Assembly (NCBI GenBank): GCA_964609095.1
Contig: CAZSQN010000001.1
Span: forward strand, 86,117-150,116
Direction: 5' to 3'
Source of the DNA: an uncultured Gammaproteobacteria bacterium
GTDB lineage: Bacteria > Patescibacteriota > Patescibacteriia > CAZSQN01
DNA: 64,000 bases
Program-made: the position numbers and the translations under genes
The notes under the pieces: generated by a model
Told to the model about the DNA's origin: nothing
The model's database searches: none
The model's input: the letters and a program-made list of their open reading frames with translations, nothing else
Shown here: piece after piece, positions 46,107-56,033 of the stretch
How positions within the stretch are numbered: the first letter of the stretch is position 1
Layout of the letters: each line of letters begins with the position of its first letter

Positions 46107-47753
46107 ATGTCTGCTAAACAAATTTTATATGATGTGCACGCGCGGTCAGCTTTAAAGACCGGCGTGGATAAGCTCGCGAACGCGGTTAAAGTGACGCTTG
46201 GCCCAAAAGGCCGACAGGTTGTGATTGATAAAGGATATGGTTCGCCGATGGTAACCAAAGACGGAGTTTCCGTAGCCAAAGAAATTGAACTGGAAGATAA
46301 GATGGAAAATATCGGCGCGGAATTGGTCAAGGAAGTTGCCAGCAAAACCAATGATGTGGCCGGAGACGGCACTACTACCGCCACTCTTCTTGCCCAAGCT
46401 ATTGTTGGCGAGGGTTTGAAAAATGTGACTGCCGGCGCTAATCCGATGCTCTTGAAGCGCGGGCTGGAGCGAGCAGTGGAAGCGGTTGTGGCCGGACTTA
46501 AAAAGGTCTCAAAAGAAGTAAAAACACACGAAGAGATTGAACAGGTGGCGAGTATCTCCGCCAACGACGCGGAAATCGGCAAAACCATTGCCGAAGCAAT
46601 GAAAGAAATTTCCAAAGAAATGCGCGACATCAAGGATGTGGTGATTACGGTGGAAGAGTCGCAGTCATTCGGCTTTTCGCGCGAAGTAGTCAAGGGTATG
46701 CGCTTTGACAAGGGTTATTCTTCTCCTTATATGGTCACTAATGCCGAACGGATGGAAGCGGAATATGCCGACCCTTACATTTTGATTACCGATAAAAAGA
46801 TTTCTTCAGTGCAGGACATTGTGCCGCTTTTGGAAAAAGTGGTGGCTAGCGGCAAAAAGGAATTAGTGATTATTGCCGAAGAGGTTGAAGGCGAGGCCTT
46901 GGCCACGCTGGTGGTTAACAAGCTTCGCGGCACTTTTAACACGTTGGCCGTCAAGGCGCCGGGCTTTGGCGACAGGAGAAAAGAAATGTTAAAAGATATT
47001 GCCGTGCTCACCGGCGGCACAGTGATTACAGAAGAGCTGGGATTAAAGTTAGAAAACGCGTCTCTTAATGATCTTGGCCACGCCAGAAAAGTTGTTTCTA
47101 CCAAAGAGCACACTACGATTGTGGAAGGCGCCGGTGATGAGAAAAATGTTAAAGACCGCGTAGCACAGATTAAAAAAGAATTGGAAGCAGCCACCTCGGA
47201 ATTTGATAAGGAAAAGTTGCAGGAACGGCTGGCCAAGCTGGCCGGAGGCGTGGCTGTCATTAAAGTCGGCGCCGCCACCGAAACCGAAATGAAAGAGAAA
47301 AAGCAAAGGATTGAAGACGCGGTCAATGCCACCAAAGCGGCCGTGGAAGAGGGAATTGTGCCCGGAGGCGGAGTAGCGCTTTTACGCGCCGCCGCGCATA
47401 TTAAAGATTTGCATCTTGAAGGCGACGAGAAAGTCGGAGCTTCCATACTTCTGCGCGCGCTGGAATTCCCTATCCGCCAGATTGCCGAAAATGCCGGAGC
47501 TGACGGCTCCGTGATTGTTGAAGAAGTGAGAAAGCGTGAGGGCAATGTCGGTTACAATGCATTGGAAGACAAGTTTGAGGATATGGTTTCCGCCGGCATT
47601 ATTGACCCGACCAAAGTGACGAGGATCGCGCTCCAAAACGCCTCCTCTATCGCGGCGATGATTCTTACTACCGAGGCCGTAGTTGCCGAAAAGCCGGAGA
47701 AAAAGGAAAAAGCCGCTCACGGCGGACATGGAATGGAAGGAATGGAATACTAA
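46107..47753 (+). CDS. groEL: chaperonin GroEL
   Basis: [27 protein letters not shown]-terminal [10 protein letters not shown] tail. Confidence 0.9.
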   Translation: MSAKQILYDVHARSALKTGVDKLANAVKVTLGPKGRQVVIDKGYGSPMVTKDGVSVAKEIELEDKMENIGAELVKEVASKTNDVAGDGTTTATLLAQAIVGEGLKNVTAGANPMLLKRGLERAVEAVVAGLKKVSKEVKTHEEIEQVASISANDAEIGKTIAEAMKEISKEMRDIKDVVITVEESQSFGFSREVVKGMRFDKGYSSPYMVTNAERMEAEYADPYILITDKKISSVQDIVPLLEKVVASGKKELVIIAEEVEGEALATLVVNKLRGTFNTLAVKAPGFGDRRKEMLKDIAVLTGGTVITEELGLKLENASLNDLGHARKVVSTKEHTTIVEGAGDEKNVKDRVAQIKKELEAATSEFDKEKLQERLAKLAGGVAVIKVGAATETEMKEKKQRIEDAVNATKAAVEEGIVPGGGVALLRAAAHIKDLHLEGDEKVGASILLRALEFPIRQIAENAGADGSVIVEEVRKREGNVGYNALEDKFEDMVSAGIIDPTKVTRIALQNASSIAAMILTTEAVVAEKPEKKEKAAHGGHGMEGMEY

Positions 47754-47853
47754 TTTAGCTTATAGCTTTCAGCTGTTAGCTTTTAGAACAAAACACCTCC
47801 GACTTATCGGGGGTGTTTTTGGTTATGGGCGGGGTTTATGTTAAAATTAAAAT

Positions 47854-48777
47854 ATGAAAATTCTGATCAAACTGCTTGAGTCGTATGTTATCGTGCTGAT
47901 TTTGGCGTTATTTTCTGGGCTTGCGTTCCCCGATTTTGGTTTATATATAGCTCCGGCCAGCACTTTGTTTTTGCAAATCATCTTTTTTCTTTCTTCTCTT
48001 AAACTTGACGCCCGCGCTCTCGCGGTAGAGGCTAAAAGGAAAAGGACGATTGTCTTGGTAAACTTTTACATGCTTATCTTATTTCCCGCGACAGTTTTTT
48101 TGCTTGCTAAATTTTTGGCGCCCCAATACGCGCTTCCGCTCCTGCTTCTTGCGGCTATGCCTGCCGGAATGACTTCGCCGCTTCTCTCCGAGATAGTGGG
48201 AGGCTCGGTTGGGTTCGCGCTCGTTTTAACTATGACGACATCGCTTTTTTCCCCGATTACTATTCCTCTGATGATTAAATTGCTTGCCGGAGCAAGTGTC
48301 GTGGTGCCGATTATGGCGATGTTTAAATCTTTATTCTTTGTGATTGTCGTTCCGTTTGCTTTGGCACAGACCGTCAGGTTGTTTTTTCATGAAAAGATTA
48401 AAGCCACCTTTTTTACCTTTAAGCCGATTTCAATTCTGTTTCTCGGCTTGCTTATATTCGGCATTGTCGCGAAACAGGCGGGGGAGCTTCGCACGCATCT
48501 CGGTTTGTTTTTAGGAGCATTGACTGTTTTGTCAATCTTTTTCTTTCTTTTGCATTTGATCGGATATTGGGGCGTGCCGGGTTTGGCGCGCGCCGAACGT
48601 TTATCAGCAACAATCTGTCTTACTTATATGAACTTTACTCTGGCTATTTTTTTGGCAGGCAAATTTTTTCCACGGCCGGAAGTTCTTATTCCGGTTATTC
48701 TCTCCGTATTTCCTTGGAGCATCGGAATTATACCGTTTAAATTTTTGGCCAATCGCAGACAGAAAAATGGAACTTGA
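47854..48777 (+). CDS. polytopic membrane transporter (BASS/ACR3-like fold, putative)
   Basis: 307 aa with about 9-10 TM helices. Weak resemblance to the bile-acid:sodium symporter superfamily. Confidence 0.4.
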   Translation: MKILIKLLESYVIVLILALFSGLAFPDFGLYIAPASTLFLQIIFFLSSLKLDARALAVEAKRKRTIVLVNFYMLILFPATVFLLAKFLAPQYALPLLLLAAMPAGMTSPLLSEIVGGSVGFALVLTMTTSLFSPITIPLMIKLLAGASVVVPIMAMFKSLFFVIVVPFALAQTVRLFFHEKIKATFFTFKPISILFLGLLIFGIVAKQAGELRTHLGLFLGALTVLSIFFFLLHLIGYWGVPGLARAERLSATICLTYMNFTLAIFLAGKFFPRPEVLIPVILSVFPWSIGIIPFKFLANRRQKNGT

Positions 48778-48965
48778 AACATGGAACATGAAACACTCCC
48801 GCGTTGGGAGTGTTTTAAAGTTGAAAAGGATTTGTAAAAAAAGAGTTTACAACAAAAATAAGCGACCGCTTCAAATTGTTGTAAAATGCGAGATTTTAAT
48901 TTTTGGCCAGCCGTCGCTGCGTACAACCGCTTGCGAAAAGTGAAAATTTTTGGTATAATATAAAC

Positions 48966-49337
48966 ATGGAAAATGAAATGAGCCAGAATGTATTGCAAGA
49001 AGCAAAGCCGGCTCCAACTAAAGACAAAGATATTGAAGACAACAAAATTATTGCCGCCATCTCCTATTTGGGCGTTCTGGCTTTTATTCCTTTGCTTTTG
49101 AAAAAGGATAGTCCGTTTGCCCAGCACCACGCCAGGCAGGGCCTCGCGCTTTTTATGGTCTGGATAGCGTGGGGAATAGTTGGTTTGTTTTTTTCACTGG
49201 CGCAGCTTTCCGCGCTTGTTAATTTGGGCTATTTGACGCTTATCGTCATAATGATTATAGGAATTTCCAAGGCCTGGAAAGGCGAGCTCTGGCAGCTGCC
49301 TATAATCGGCGAGTACGCGAAAAAACTTAAATTTTGA
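48966..49337 (+). CDS. DUF4870-like small membrane protein
   Basis: IIAAISYLGVLAFIPLL...FAQHHARQGLALF is characteristic of the DUF4870 family. Confidence 0.55.
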   Translation: MENEMSQNVLQEAKPAPTKDKDIEDNKIIAAISYLGVLAFIPLLLKKDSPFAQHHARQGLALFMVWIAWGIVGLFFSLAQLSALVNLGYLTLIVIMIIGISKAWKGELWQLPIIGEYAKKLKF

Positions 49338-49446
49338 ACATAATGCGAATTTCGCGAATGAACGCGAATGCCGCAAATATGCAAATACGGTATTCGCACA
49401 TTCGTAGATTGGCATAAAATTCATATTATTCGCGTTATATTTTTTT

Positions 49447-50551
49447 ATGAAAGATCTTATTGCGAAATTAGAAACACTTAAGAGCCGCGTACTCCAAGGC
49501 AGGAGGTTACTTTGACCTGGATAAATTAAAAACAGAAATCAAGGCCTTGGAATGGCAAATGAACCAGAAGGATTTTTGGAACGATACGCGTGTGGCCAAA
49601 GAGGTCGCGACCAAGCACTCGGAGCTTTCCACCGAAGTTTCCAATTGGGAAGAGATACAAAAAAAGGTTGAAGACCTTTTGGAATTCTGCCGCGAAGCGG
49701 AAGAAACCGGCGAGACATCCATCCGTCCGGAAGCGGAAAAACAATACGAAGAATTATTAAAGAACTTTGAGCATTTGGAGTTCTTTCTTTTATTTTCGGA
49801 AAAATACGACGAGGGTAATTGTATCGTATCAATCCATGCCGGCACCGGGGGCACCGAGGCCATGGATTGGGCCGGAATGCTCGCGAGAATGATTTTGCGT
49901 TTTAGCGAACGTCAGGGGTTCCGCGCGGAAATTTTAGACGAGCATCGCGGCGCCGAAGCTGGGTACAAAAGCATAACTATAATGTTTGAAGGCCGATATG
50001 CTTATGGCTACCTTAAATCGGAACACGGCGTGCATCGGCTGGTGCGCATTTCTCCTTTTGACGCGGAAAAAATGCGCCATACTTCTTTCGCGCTTATAGA
50101 AGCGCTGCCGGTTTTGGCTGAAGTTGAAGAAATTAAAATAGACCCCAAGGACTTGCGCGTAGACACGTTTCTTTCTTCCGGACATGGAGGACAATCAGTG
50201 CAGACAACTTACTCGGCTGTGCGCGTCGTGCATCTTCCAACAGGCATTACCGTTTCCGTGCAAAATGAGCGAAGTCAGACGCAAAACAAAGAAACAGCAT
50301 TAAAGATATTGCAGGCCAAACTTCATGCTTTGGCCCAAGCTGAGCGGGCTGAAGAAAAGCAAAAAATCCGCGGTGAATATACGAGCGCCGAGTGGGGGAA
50401 CCAGGCGCGGTCTTATGTTCTGCATCCGTATAAATTGGTCAAAGACCATCGGACAAAATTTGAAACCTCCGATGCCGAATCTGTTTTGGAAGGAAAGTTG
50501 GAGGAGCTGGTGGAGAGTTATTTGAGATGGAAGAAGGTAAAATCAAAATAA
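49447..50551 (+). CDS. prfB: peptide chain release factor 2, with programmed +1 ribosomal frameshift (49447..49512 joined to 49514..50551)
   Basis: Frame-0 ORF MKDLIAKLETLKSRVLQGRRLL stops at TGA 49513. The classic site AGGAGG-TTA-CTT-TGA-C (internal SD + CUU UGA C) is at 49501-49516. The +1 frame continues into RF2 motifs including SPF (RISPFD). Confidence 0.85.
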
Positions 50552-50783
50552 CCAATCCCGAATACCGAAAAAATAACTAATACCCAATAAATATCTAATG
50601 TCTAATTGCTCTAGATAAAGATTAAAGATATAAATCCGAATATCGAAATTCGAAACTCGAAACAATGCTCAAAATCATAATTTTCAAATTCTCAAAACGT
50701 TTTGAACATTTGAACTTTAGATATTTGAATTTGTTTCGGATTTCGGGCTTCGGATTTCGAGTTTTAATTCTTTAAAGTGCGGT

Positions 50784-51374
50784 ATGTTAAAAAATGCTGA
50801 TATCGCTAAAGCAATTTTAATTTTGAGAAAAGGCGGTGTAGTTGCCATTCCCACCGAAACCGCTTATGGACTGGCGGCGGATTCAATGAACCCAAGCGCG
50901 GTTAAAAAGATTTTTTTGATAAAAGGACGTTCTAAAACAAAACCTTTGCCGCTTATCGCCGCCTCGCTTAAAATGGTTAAAAAGTTTTTTTATTTATCCA
51001 AAATTGAAGAAAAATTGGCGCGCGATTTTTGGCCCGGGCCTCTGACCATGCTCTTAAAATCCAAAAGGAAATTTCCTCCGGCGTTAATTCGCGGCAAAAA
51101 GAAAATTGCCGTCAGGGTTTCTTCCTCGCCAGTGGCGGCAGAAATATCCGCGCGTTTGGGACGGCCGATTACTTCCACCTCGGCCAATTTATCCGGCCGC
51201 AATGAGCTTTACAGCGCGGCGGCTGTAGCGGCTGAATTTAAGAATAAAAAGGCAAAACCTGATATGATATTGGATGGCGGCAGATTGCCGCGGAGGAAAC
51301 CGTCCACAATTATAGAATTTCAAAATGGCAGAATAATTATCTTAAGAAAAGGTCAAATAAAATTTAGGAATTAG
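50784..51374 (+). CDS. tsaC: L-threonylcarbamoyladenylate synthase (YrdC/TsaC type)
   Basis: YrdC fold motifs (GGVVAIPTETAYGLAAD; SANLSGR). Confidence 0.8.
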   Translation: MLKNADIAKAILILRKGGVVAIPTETAYGLAADSMNPSAVKKIFLIKGRSKTKPLPLIAASLKMVKKFFYLSKIEEKLARDFWPGPLTMLLKSKRKFPPALIRGKKKIAVRVSSSPVAAEISARLGRPITSTSANLSGRNELYSAAAVAAEFKNKKAKPDMILDGGRLPRRKPSTIIEFQNGRIIILRKGQIKFRN

Positions 51375-51401
51375 AAATTTGAAATTGGAAATTTTCGTGT
51401 T

Positions 51402-52562
51402 ATGCCTCTTCATCCCATAAATTTTTTGCAAAAACATTTTTTCGCCCATCATCTCGCGCGCGAGCTTAAAGAGCTTTACGCCTCTACCGCTATTTTAACT
51501 TTTGCCGCCGCGGCCATTGCCATTTTTGAACCGATTTATTTTATTACTATCGGCTTTACCCTCGCGCAGGTGCTTTTGTTTTACGGCACCGTGTACGTAC
51601 TTTACTTCTTTTTATTGCCGCTCGGCGCAAAGTTTGCTCGTTCCCGCGGCTATGAGCACGGCATTCTTTATTCTTCTCCATTTTTGATTTTGTATTACCT
51701 TTCTCTTTTTGCCATACCGCAGAGCAAGATTTTTGTCGGAGTAGCCGTGCTGGCTTTTGCCATTCAGAAGATTCTTTATTGGCCCAGCTTTCACGCCGAT
51801 ATGGCCCGGTTTGGCAACACCGAGGAGCGCGGGCGCGAATTGGGAGGCATAGAATTGCTTTTGGCCTTTGTCGCTATTTTGGCGCCGGCTTTTGGCGGCT
51901 TGATTATTTCTTTGTTCGGATTCAAGGTCCTTTTTGCCATCGTTTCCGTTTTGATTTTGGCTTCTAATATCCCCTTGCTTTTGACGCCGGAAAATTTTAC
52001 TCCGGTGCCGTTTTCTTATAAAGACGCGATGGCTGATTTGTTTAAAAAAGAAAACGCGAGAAAGACAATTTCCAGATTTGGTTTTGGCGAACAGCTCCTG
52101 ACCGCTATTGCTTGGCCAATTTTCATCTTTGCCATCGTGCCCCAGTTTAGGAAATTGGGCTTAATCGTGTCAGCCACGATTTTGTTCACTTCTCTGACGA
52201 TGCTTATTGTGGGGCGTCTGACCGATACCCGTTATAGAAATTTGCTTATCCGTCTTGGAACAATTTTTACGTTTTTTTCCCATCCGGTGCGTTTGATGGT
52301 TTTAACCCCCTTTGGCGTGCTGGCGGCTGACACTTTTTACGGCATTTCCCGTTCCGTTTTGGGCATACCTTTTACCGCTTCCGTTTACGACGAGGCAAAG
52401 AACGGGAGTATTATGCGCTCGCTTATGCGTCACGAAATGGCGCTGGCCGCCGGCAAGGCCCTGGCCTCTTTTGCCGGCATCGCCTTAATCTTTCTTTTCC
52501 CGCCGGGCTGGGCCGCGCTTTTTATCTTTGGCGCGTTTTTGACCCTGTTTTATTTTTTATAA
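51402..52562 (+). CDS. polytopic membrane protein (possible MFS-like transporter)
   Basis: 386 aa with about 10-12 TM helices. Confidence 0.4.
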   Translation: MPLHPINFLQKHFFAHHLARELKELYASTAILTFAAAAIAIFEPIYFITIGFTLAQVLLFYGTVYVLYFFLLPLGAKFARSRGYEHGILYSSPFLILYYLSLFAIPQSKIFVGVAVLAFAIQKILYWPSFHADMARFGNTEERGRELGGIELLLAFVAILAPAFGGLIISLFGFKVLFAIVSVLILASNIPLLLTPENFTPVPFSYKDAMADLFKKENARKTISRFGFGEQLLTAIAWPIFIFAIVPQFRKLGLIVSATILFTSLTMLIVGRLTDTRYRNLLIRLGTIFTFFSHPVRLMVLTPFGVLAADTFYGISRSVLGIPFTASVYDEAKNGSIMRSLMRHEMALAAGKALASFAGIALIFLFPPGWAALFIFGAFLTLFYFL

Positions 52563-53441
52563 ATGTCTATTCTCTCCTCTAAGAGAATAAAAGAGTTAGT
52601 CGCGGAACTTGGAATATCGCCCCAAAAAACTTTGGGGCAGAATTTTTTAATAGACGAAAATATTTTGCAGAAAATTATTTCCGTCGCCGAACTTACGGAC
52701 AAAGACACTATTTTAGAGATTGGCCCGGGATTGGGAATTTTAACTAAAGAATTAGCCGTTCGCGCGGGTAAAGTGATTGCTATTGAGAAAGACAAAAAGC
52801 TTGTTCATTATCTCCAATCAGCAATGAAGTCACCGCCAAGGCAGGATCCCGCCTTTTCCGCTTTAAATTTTAAAGAGGCGGCGGGACAATATAACAATAT
52901 AACAATCGTGGAGGAAGATTTTTTAAAAATTGATTTATCTAAATTGGGTTTGGGCAAGAGTTATAAGATTGTCGCCAATTTGCCGTATTCAATAACCTCT
53001 GACGCCATAAGAAAGATAATGGAGTCCGATCCGGCGCCAAGCGCGGCAGTGCTGATGGTGCAAAAAGAGGTGGCTGAACGCATCTGCGCCAAACCAGGGG
53101 ATATGAGCTTACTGGCGTTGTCCGTCCAATATTATGGAGTTCCAAGTTTAATGTTTCAGGTCTCAAGAGGAAGTTTTTGGCCAGTGCCCAAAGTTGACAG
53201 CGCGGTTATAAAAATACTTATAGACAAAAAACGCGACTTAAAAGTCGCAGAAGATTTTTTTAGAATCGCGCGCATCGGATTTTCCTCGCCCAGGAAACAA
53301 TTGCAAAATAATTTATCCTCGGGGCTGCATACTTCAAAAGAAAAAACAATTGAACTTTTGAATCGCGCCAAAATCAACCCCAAAGCCCGTCCGGAGGAGC
53401 TGGGAGTCGGCGATTGGGAAAGATTGGCGCAAATGGATTGA
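52563..53441 (+). CDS. rsmA: 16S rRNA (adenine1518/1519-N6)-dimethyltransferase
   Basis: LGQNFLIDENIL, EIGPGLGILT, NLPYSI motifs. Antisense ORF 53156..53818(-) is spurious. Confidence 0.85.
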   Translation: MSILSSKRIKELVAELGISPQKTLGQNFLIDENILQKIISVAELTDKDTILEIGPGLGILTKELAVRAGKVIAIEKDKKLVHYLQSAMKSPPRQDPAFSALNFKEAAGQYNNITIVEEDFLKIDLSKLGLGKSYKIVANLPYSITSDAIRKIMESDPAPSAAVLMVQKEVAERICAKPGDMSLLALSVQYYGVPSLMFQVSRGSFWPVPKVDSAVIKILIDKKRDLKVAEDFFRIARIGFSSPRKQLQNNLSSGLHTSKEKTIELLNRAKINPKARPEELGVGDWERLAQMD

Positions 53442-53527
53442 CGCCAGAAGTTTCTTATAGTATCTTGATTTAACCGTTGGTTCTTTAAATTCAAACAAGA
53501 TAAACCCAACAAACAAGGAGTTAAAAG

Positions 53528-53986
53528 ATGGCTGATAGCGGCTCTGAAAGATTTACTGTTTTCGTAAACTACGACGATCCCCGTTGGGGTAAGTTTGATA
53601 GTGGGCATTATGATTGTCACTTGCATCCAGATTTTGCCGTCGCGCATTTTCCAAGCAATGATCATGGTCTGGCTAAAGTGATCATGTGCTATGTAACTCC
53701 CGATCCCGCGAATCTGACAGATGCTAGAAAAGCTTTGAGTGAGATTAAACAACTTGGACTTCGTCGTCCTGACAGAGCAGAAGCCGAAATGTTTTTTGAA
53801 CAGTATCCCGAGGAGCAAAACAAGTTTCCAATCATTGCTTTGTGTGGATCAATTGTTGGCGATGGCGTTGATAGGCGCGTCGCTTATATCAGCGCACACA
53901 ATGACGAGTTTGCTGTAGGTGAAGTTAAGCTCGGACGCGACGGGTTTCTTAAGTATAGATTTCTCGCCGTCCGCAAGTCCGTCTAA
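53528..53986 (+). CDS. hypothetical protein (152 aa), foreign composition
   Basis: SD CAAGGAG upstream. His/Cys/Asp-rich. No domain recognised. Confidence 0.5.
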   Translation: MADSGSERFTVFVNYDDPRWGKFDSGHYDCHLHPDFAVAHFPSNDHGLAKVIMCYVTPDPANLTDARKALSEIKQLGLRRPDRAEAEMFFEQYPEEQNKFPIIALCGSIVGDGVDRRVAYISAHNDEFAVGEVKLGRDGFLKYRFLAVRKSV

Positions 53987-54133
53987 ATTCTGCAAAGCAA
54001 AACTTTGGTGGACAAGTAACGTTCTTTGAATTTTCGTGCCCTTCCGGCAAATGTCGGAAGGGTTTTATATTTAACACTCATCTTTTTGTCTTGTTGTTAA
54101 ACATATATGTAATACACCGCCGTCTATTTAAAG

Positions 54134-54313
54134 ATGGGAAAATGGTATGTCGGATGTATAGAAGTTCCGGGTGTGAATACACAGGGAAGGACGCTTAAAG
54201 AATTAAAGAATAATCTTAAGGAGGCCTTAGTTTTGGTTTTAAAAGTAGGCAGGTCTATTCTCGCGAAAGAACGGCCTCGGGGAAAAGTCGTTCGTGAGCG
54301 CATTAGACTCTAA
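54134..54313 (+). CDS. HicB-like (UPF0150) antitoxin-fold small protein, orphan
   Basis: 59-aa ORF (below ORF-track cutoff): MGKWYVGCIEVPGVNTQGRTLKELKNNLKEALVLVLKV. No hicA partner found on either strand within 300 bp. Confidence 0.5.
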   Translation: MGKWYVGCIEVPGVNTQGRTLKELKNNLKEALVLVLKVGRSILAKERPRGKVVRERIRL

Positions 54314-54336
54314 AACTTTCTTTAAAACTCTTAAAG

Positions 54337-54370
54337 TCCCTATTACTTGCTATAGCAAGTAATAGGGACT
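54337..54370. promoter_or_regulatory. perfect 34-bp palindrome (GTCCCTATTACTTGCTA|TAGCAAGTAATAGGGAC), putative operator
   Basis: Exact dyad. The same core (ATTACTTGCTATAGCAAGTAAT) recurs at 55061-55082 on the other side of the PaaX-like gene. Confidence 0.55.
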
Positions 54371-54422
54371 ATGATTGTTTTAGCAAATTTGATGTTTAAT
54401 CATTCATATATGATTATGATTT

Positions 54423-54971
54423 ATGACCAAGAAAGGCGAAATCGCATTTAAGATTTTGGCGGCGGTAGGTTTGGCAGGGGTGGTATGCGCGGCAGTTGTC
54501 GCGCCAAATGTTTTCCAATTTCTGCCAAATCCGTACAAAAGAAAATACCCTAAAAGATCTTTAGATAAAGCTCTTCAACGATTGAAAGATCGCGGACTGT
54601 TGAAATTCGCCGCCGGTTCTAATGGCTGGAGAGTTGAACTTACGGAAAAAGGCCGTGAAGAACTTTTTGCGTATGAGACGTGTGAAAAAATGTTTAAGAA
54701 GCCCAAACGATGGGATGGCAAATGGCGGCTTCTCGTGTTTGATATTGAGGAGAAAAGAAAAAGCATCAGAGAAATGGTGCGACAAACACTTGTGCGGCTG
54801 GGATTTTATCGTTTGCAGGATAGCGTTTGGGCACATCCTTATGAATGCGAGGATGTGTTGGAACTTTTGCGCGCTAAATACCGCGTTCGCCATGAGGCGT
54901 TGTATTTACGCGCGGAGTATTTGGCTAAAGATCATTGGCTGCGTAAGCACTTTAATCTTCCTTTAGATTAA
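54423..54971 (+). CDS. PaaX-like transcriptional regulator (short form; N-terminal wHTH, C-terminal WDGKW...LGF...SVW domain)
   Basis: C-terminal block WDGKWRLLVFDIEEKRKSIREMVRQTLVRLGFYRLQDSVWAHP matches my recollection of the PaaX_C signature; it also resembles the Cas2/VapD sequence pattern (similarity noted, fold relationship uncertain). N-terminal LKDRGLLKFAAGSNGWRVELTEKGREEL is wHTH-like. Confidence 0.5.
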   Translation: MTKKGEIAFKILAAVGLAGVVCAAVVAPNVFQFLPNPYKRKYPKRSLDKALQRLKDRGLLKFAAGSNGWRVELTEKGREELFAYETCEKMFKKPKRWDGKWRLLVFDIEEKRKSIREMVRQTLVRLGFYRLQDSVWAHPYECEDVLELLRAKYRVRHEALYLRAEYLAKDHWLRKHFNLPLD

Positions 54972-55060
54972 ATTCGTTTATTTCGTGCAGCTTGCTGCGC
55001 GGAGGTTCATTGCGTTTGAATTAAAAATAATTTTGGAAGGAAAAGATTGTTTGTCCCCCA

Positions 55061-55082
55061 TTACTTGCTATAGCAAGTAATA
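55061..55082. promoter_or_regulatory. second copy of palindromic core ATTACTTGCTATAGCAAGTAAT
   Basis: 22-bp perfect dyad identical to the centre of 54337-54370. Confidence 0.55.
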
Positions 55083-55214
55083 GGAGTATTGGGAATGAAG
55101 TTAATTCTATAAGAAGCGCGGCAATTTTTGATGTTATATAGAAATGATCATGAGGTTAATTTTTTTGATTGTGTTTTAATTGCAAATGAGATAGATTATT
55201 TAATGAATATGTCC

Positions 55215-55988
55215 ATGATTAAAACAGCCGAAGAAATAGAGATAATGCGCCAAGGGGGCGCTATTTTGTCGCGTGTTTTGGGTGAAGTTGTCGCTCGCAT
55301 CGTGCCTGGAGCGATAACATTGGAACTGGACGAATTGGCAGAGCGTAGAATGCGCGAGGCCGGCGGCGAGCCGTCGTTTAAGGGATATAAGACGCGCGGA
55401 GCCAAGACGGCGTTTCCTTCTTCTCTTTGCATATCTATAAATGACGAGGTGGTGCATGCGCCGGCAACTCCGAGCCGCGCGCTTAAAGAAGGTGACATAA
55501 CCGGATTGGATATCGGCGTTCGTTATAAAGGGTATTGCACGGACATGGCCGTAACTATTGGCGTTGGCAAAGTTTCCCGCGAAGCAAAGAGATTAATGTC
55601 CGTGACCCGCGACTCGCTTATGCGCGGGGTCTCCGCGGTCAAGCCGGGGAATTTCGTTTCCGATATCGGCAAAGCCGTGCAGGGCTATGCAGAAAAAAAT
55701 GGATTTTCCATTGTCAGGGATTTGGTCGGGCATGGCGTAGGAAAGGGAGTTCACGAAGAGCCAAAGGTGCCGAATTATTTTGACGAGGATTTGCCGCCGG
55801 TTGAACTTAAACCGGGACTGGTTATTGCCATTGAACCGATGGTGAATGTTGGAGATTGCGAAGTGAGGACTCTTGGCGACGGCTGGACGATAGTCACATC
55901 CGACTGCTCGCTTTCGGCGCATTTTGAAATGACGGTGGCGGTGACAGATATTGGGTATGAGATTTTAACGCCACTACCAAGGTTATAG
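55215..55988 (+). CDS. map: methionine aminopeptidase, type I
   Basis: MIKTAEEIEIMRQGGAIL; metal ligands in the DIGVRYKGYCTDMA, HGVG and EPM motifs. Alternative starts at 55203/55209. Confidence 0.85.
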   Translation: MIKTAEEIEIMRQGGAILSRVLGEVVARIVPGAITLELDELAERRMREAGGEPSFKGYKTRGAKTAFPSSLCISINDEVVHAPATPSRALKEGDITGLDIGVRYKGYCTDMAVTIGVGKVSREAKRLMSVTRDSLMRGVSAVKPGNFVSDIGKAVQGYAEKNGFSIVRDLVGHGVGKGVHEEPKVPNYFDEDLPPVELKPGLVIAIEPMVNVGDCEVRTLGDGWTIVTSDCSLSAHFEMTVAVTDIGYEILTPLPRL

Positions 55989-56033
55989 GGTTTAGGGTAA
56001 ATCTAAACGCTATACGCTAACCGCTAAACGCTT

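Noticed and set aside
53156-53818. 220-aa minus-strand ORF
   Set aside because: Antisense to rsmA (well-supported on the + strand) with no SD; judged spurious.
54423-54971. Standalone Cas2 call implying a cryptic CRISPR-Cas locus
   Set aside because: The sequence pattern resembles Cas2, but there is no cas1, no array, and the block matches my recollection of the PaaX_C WDG(K/R)W signature with an N-terminal wHTH. A regulator is the more parsimonious reading.
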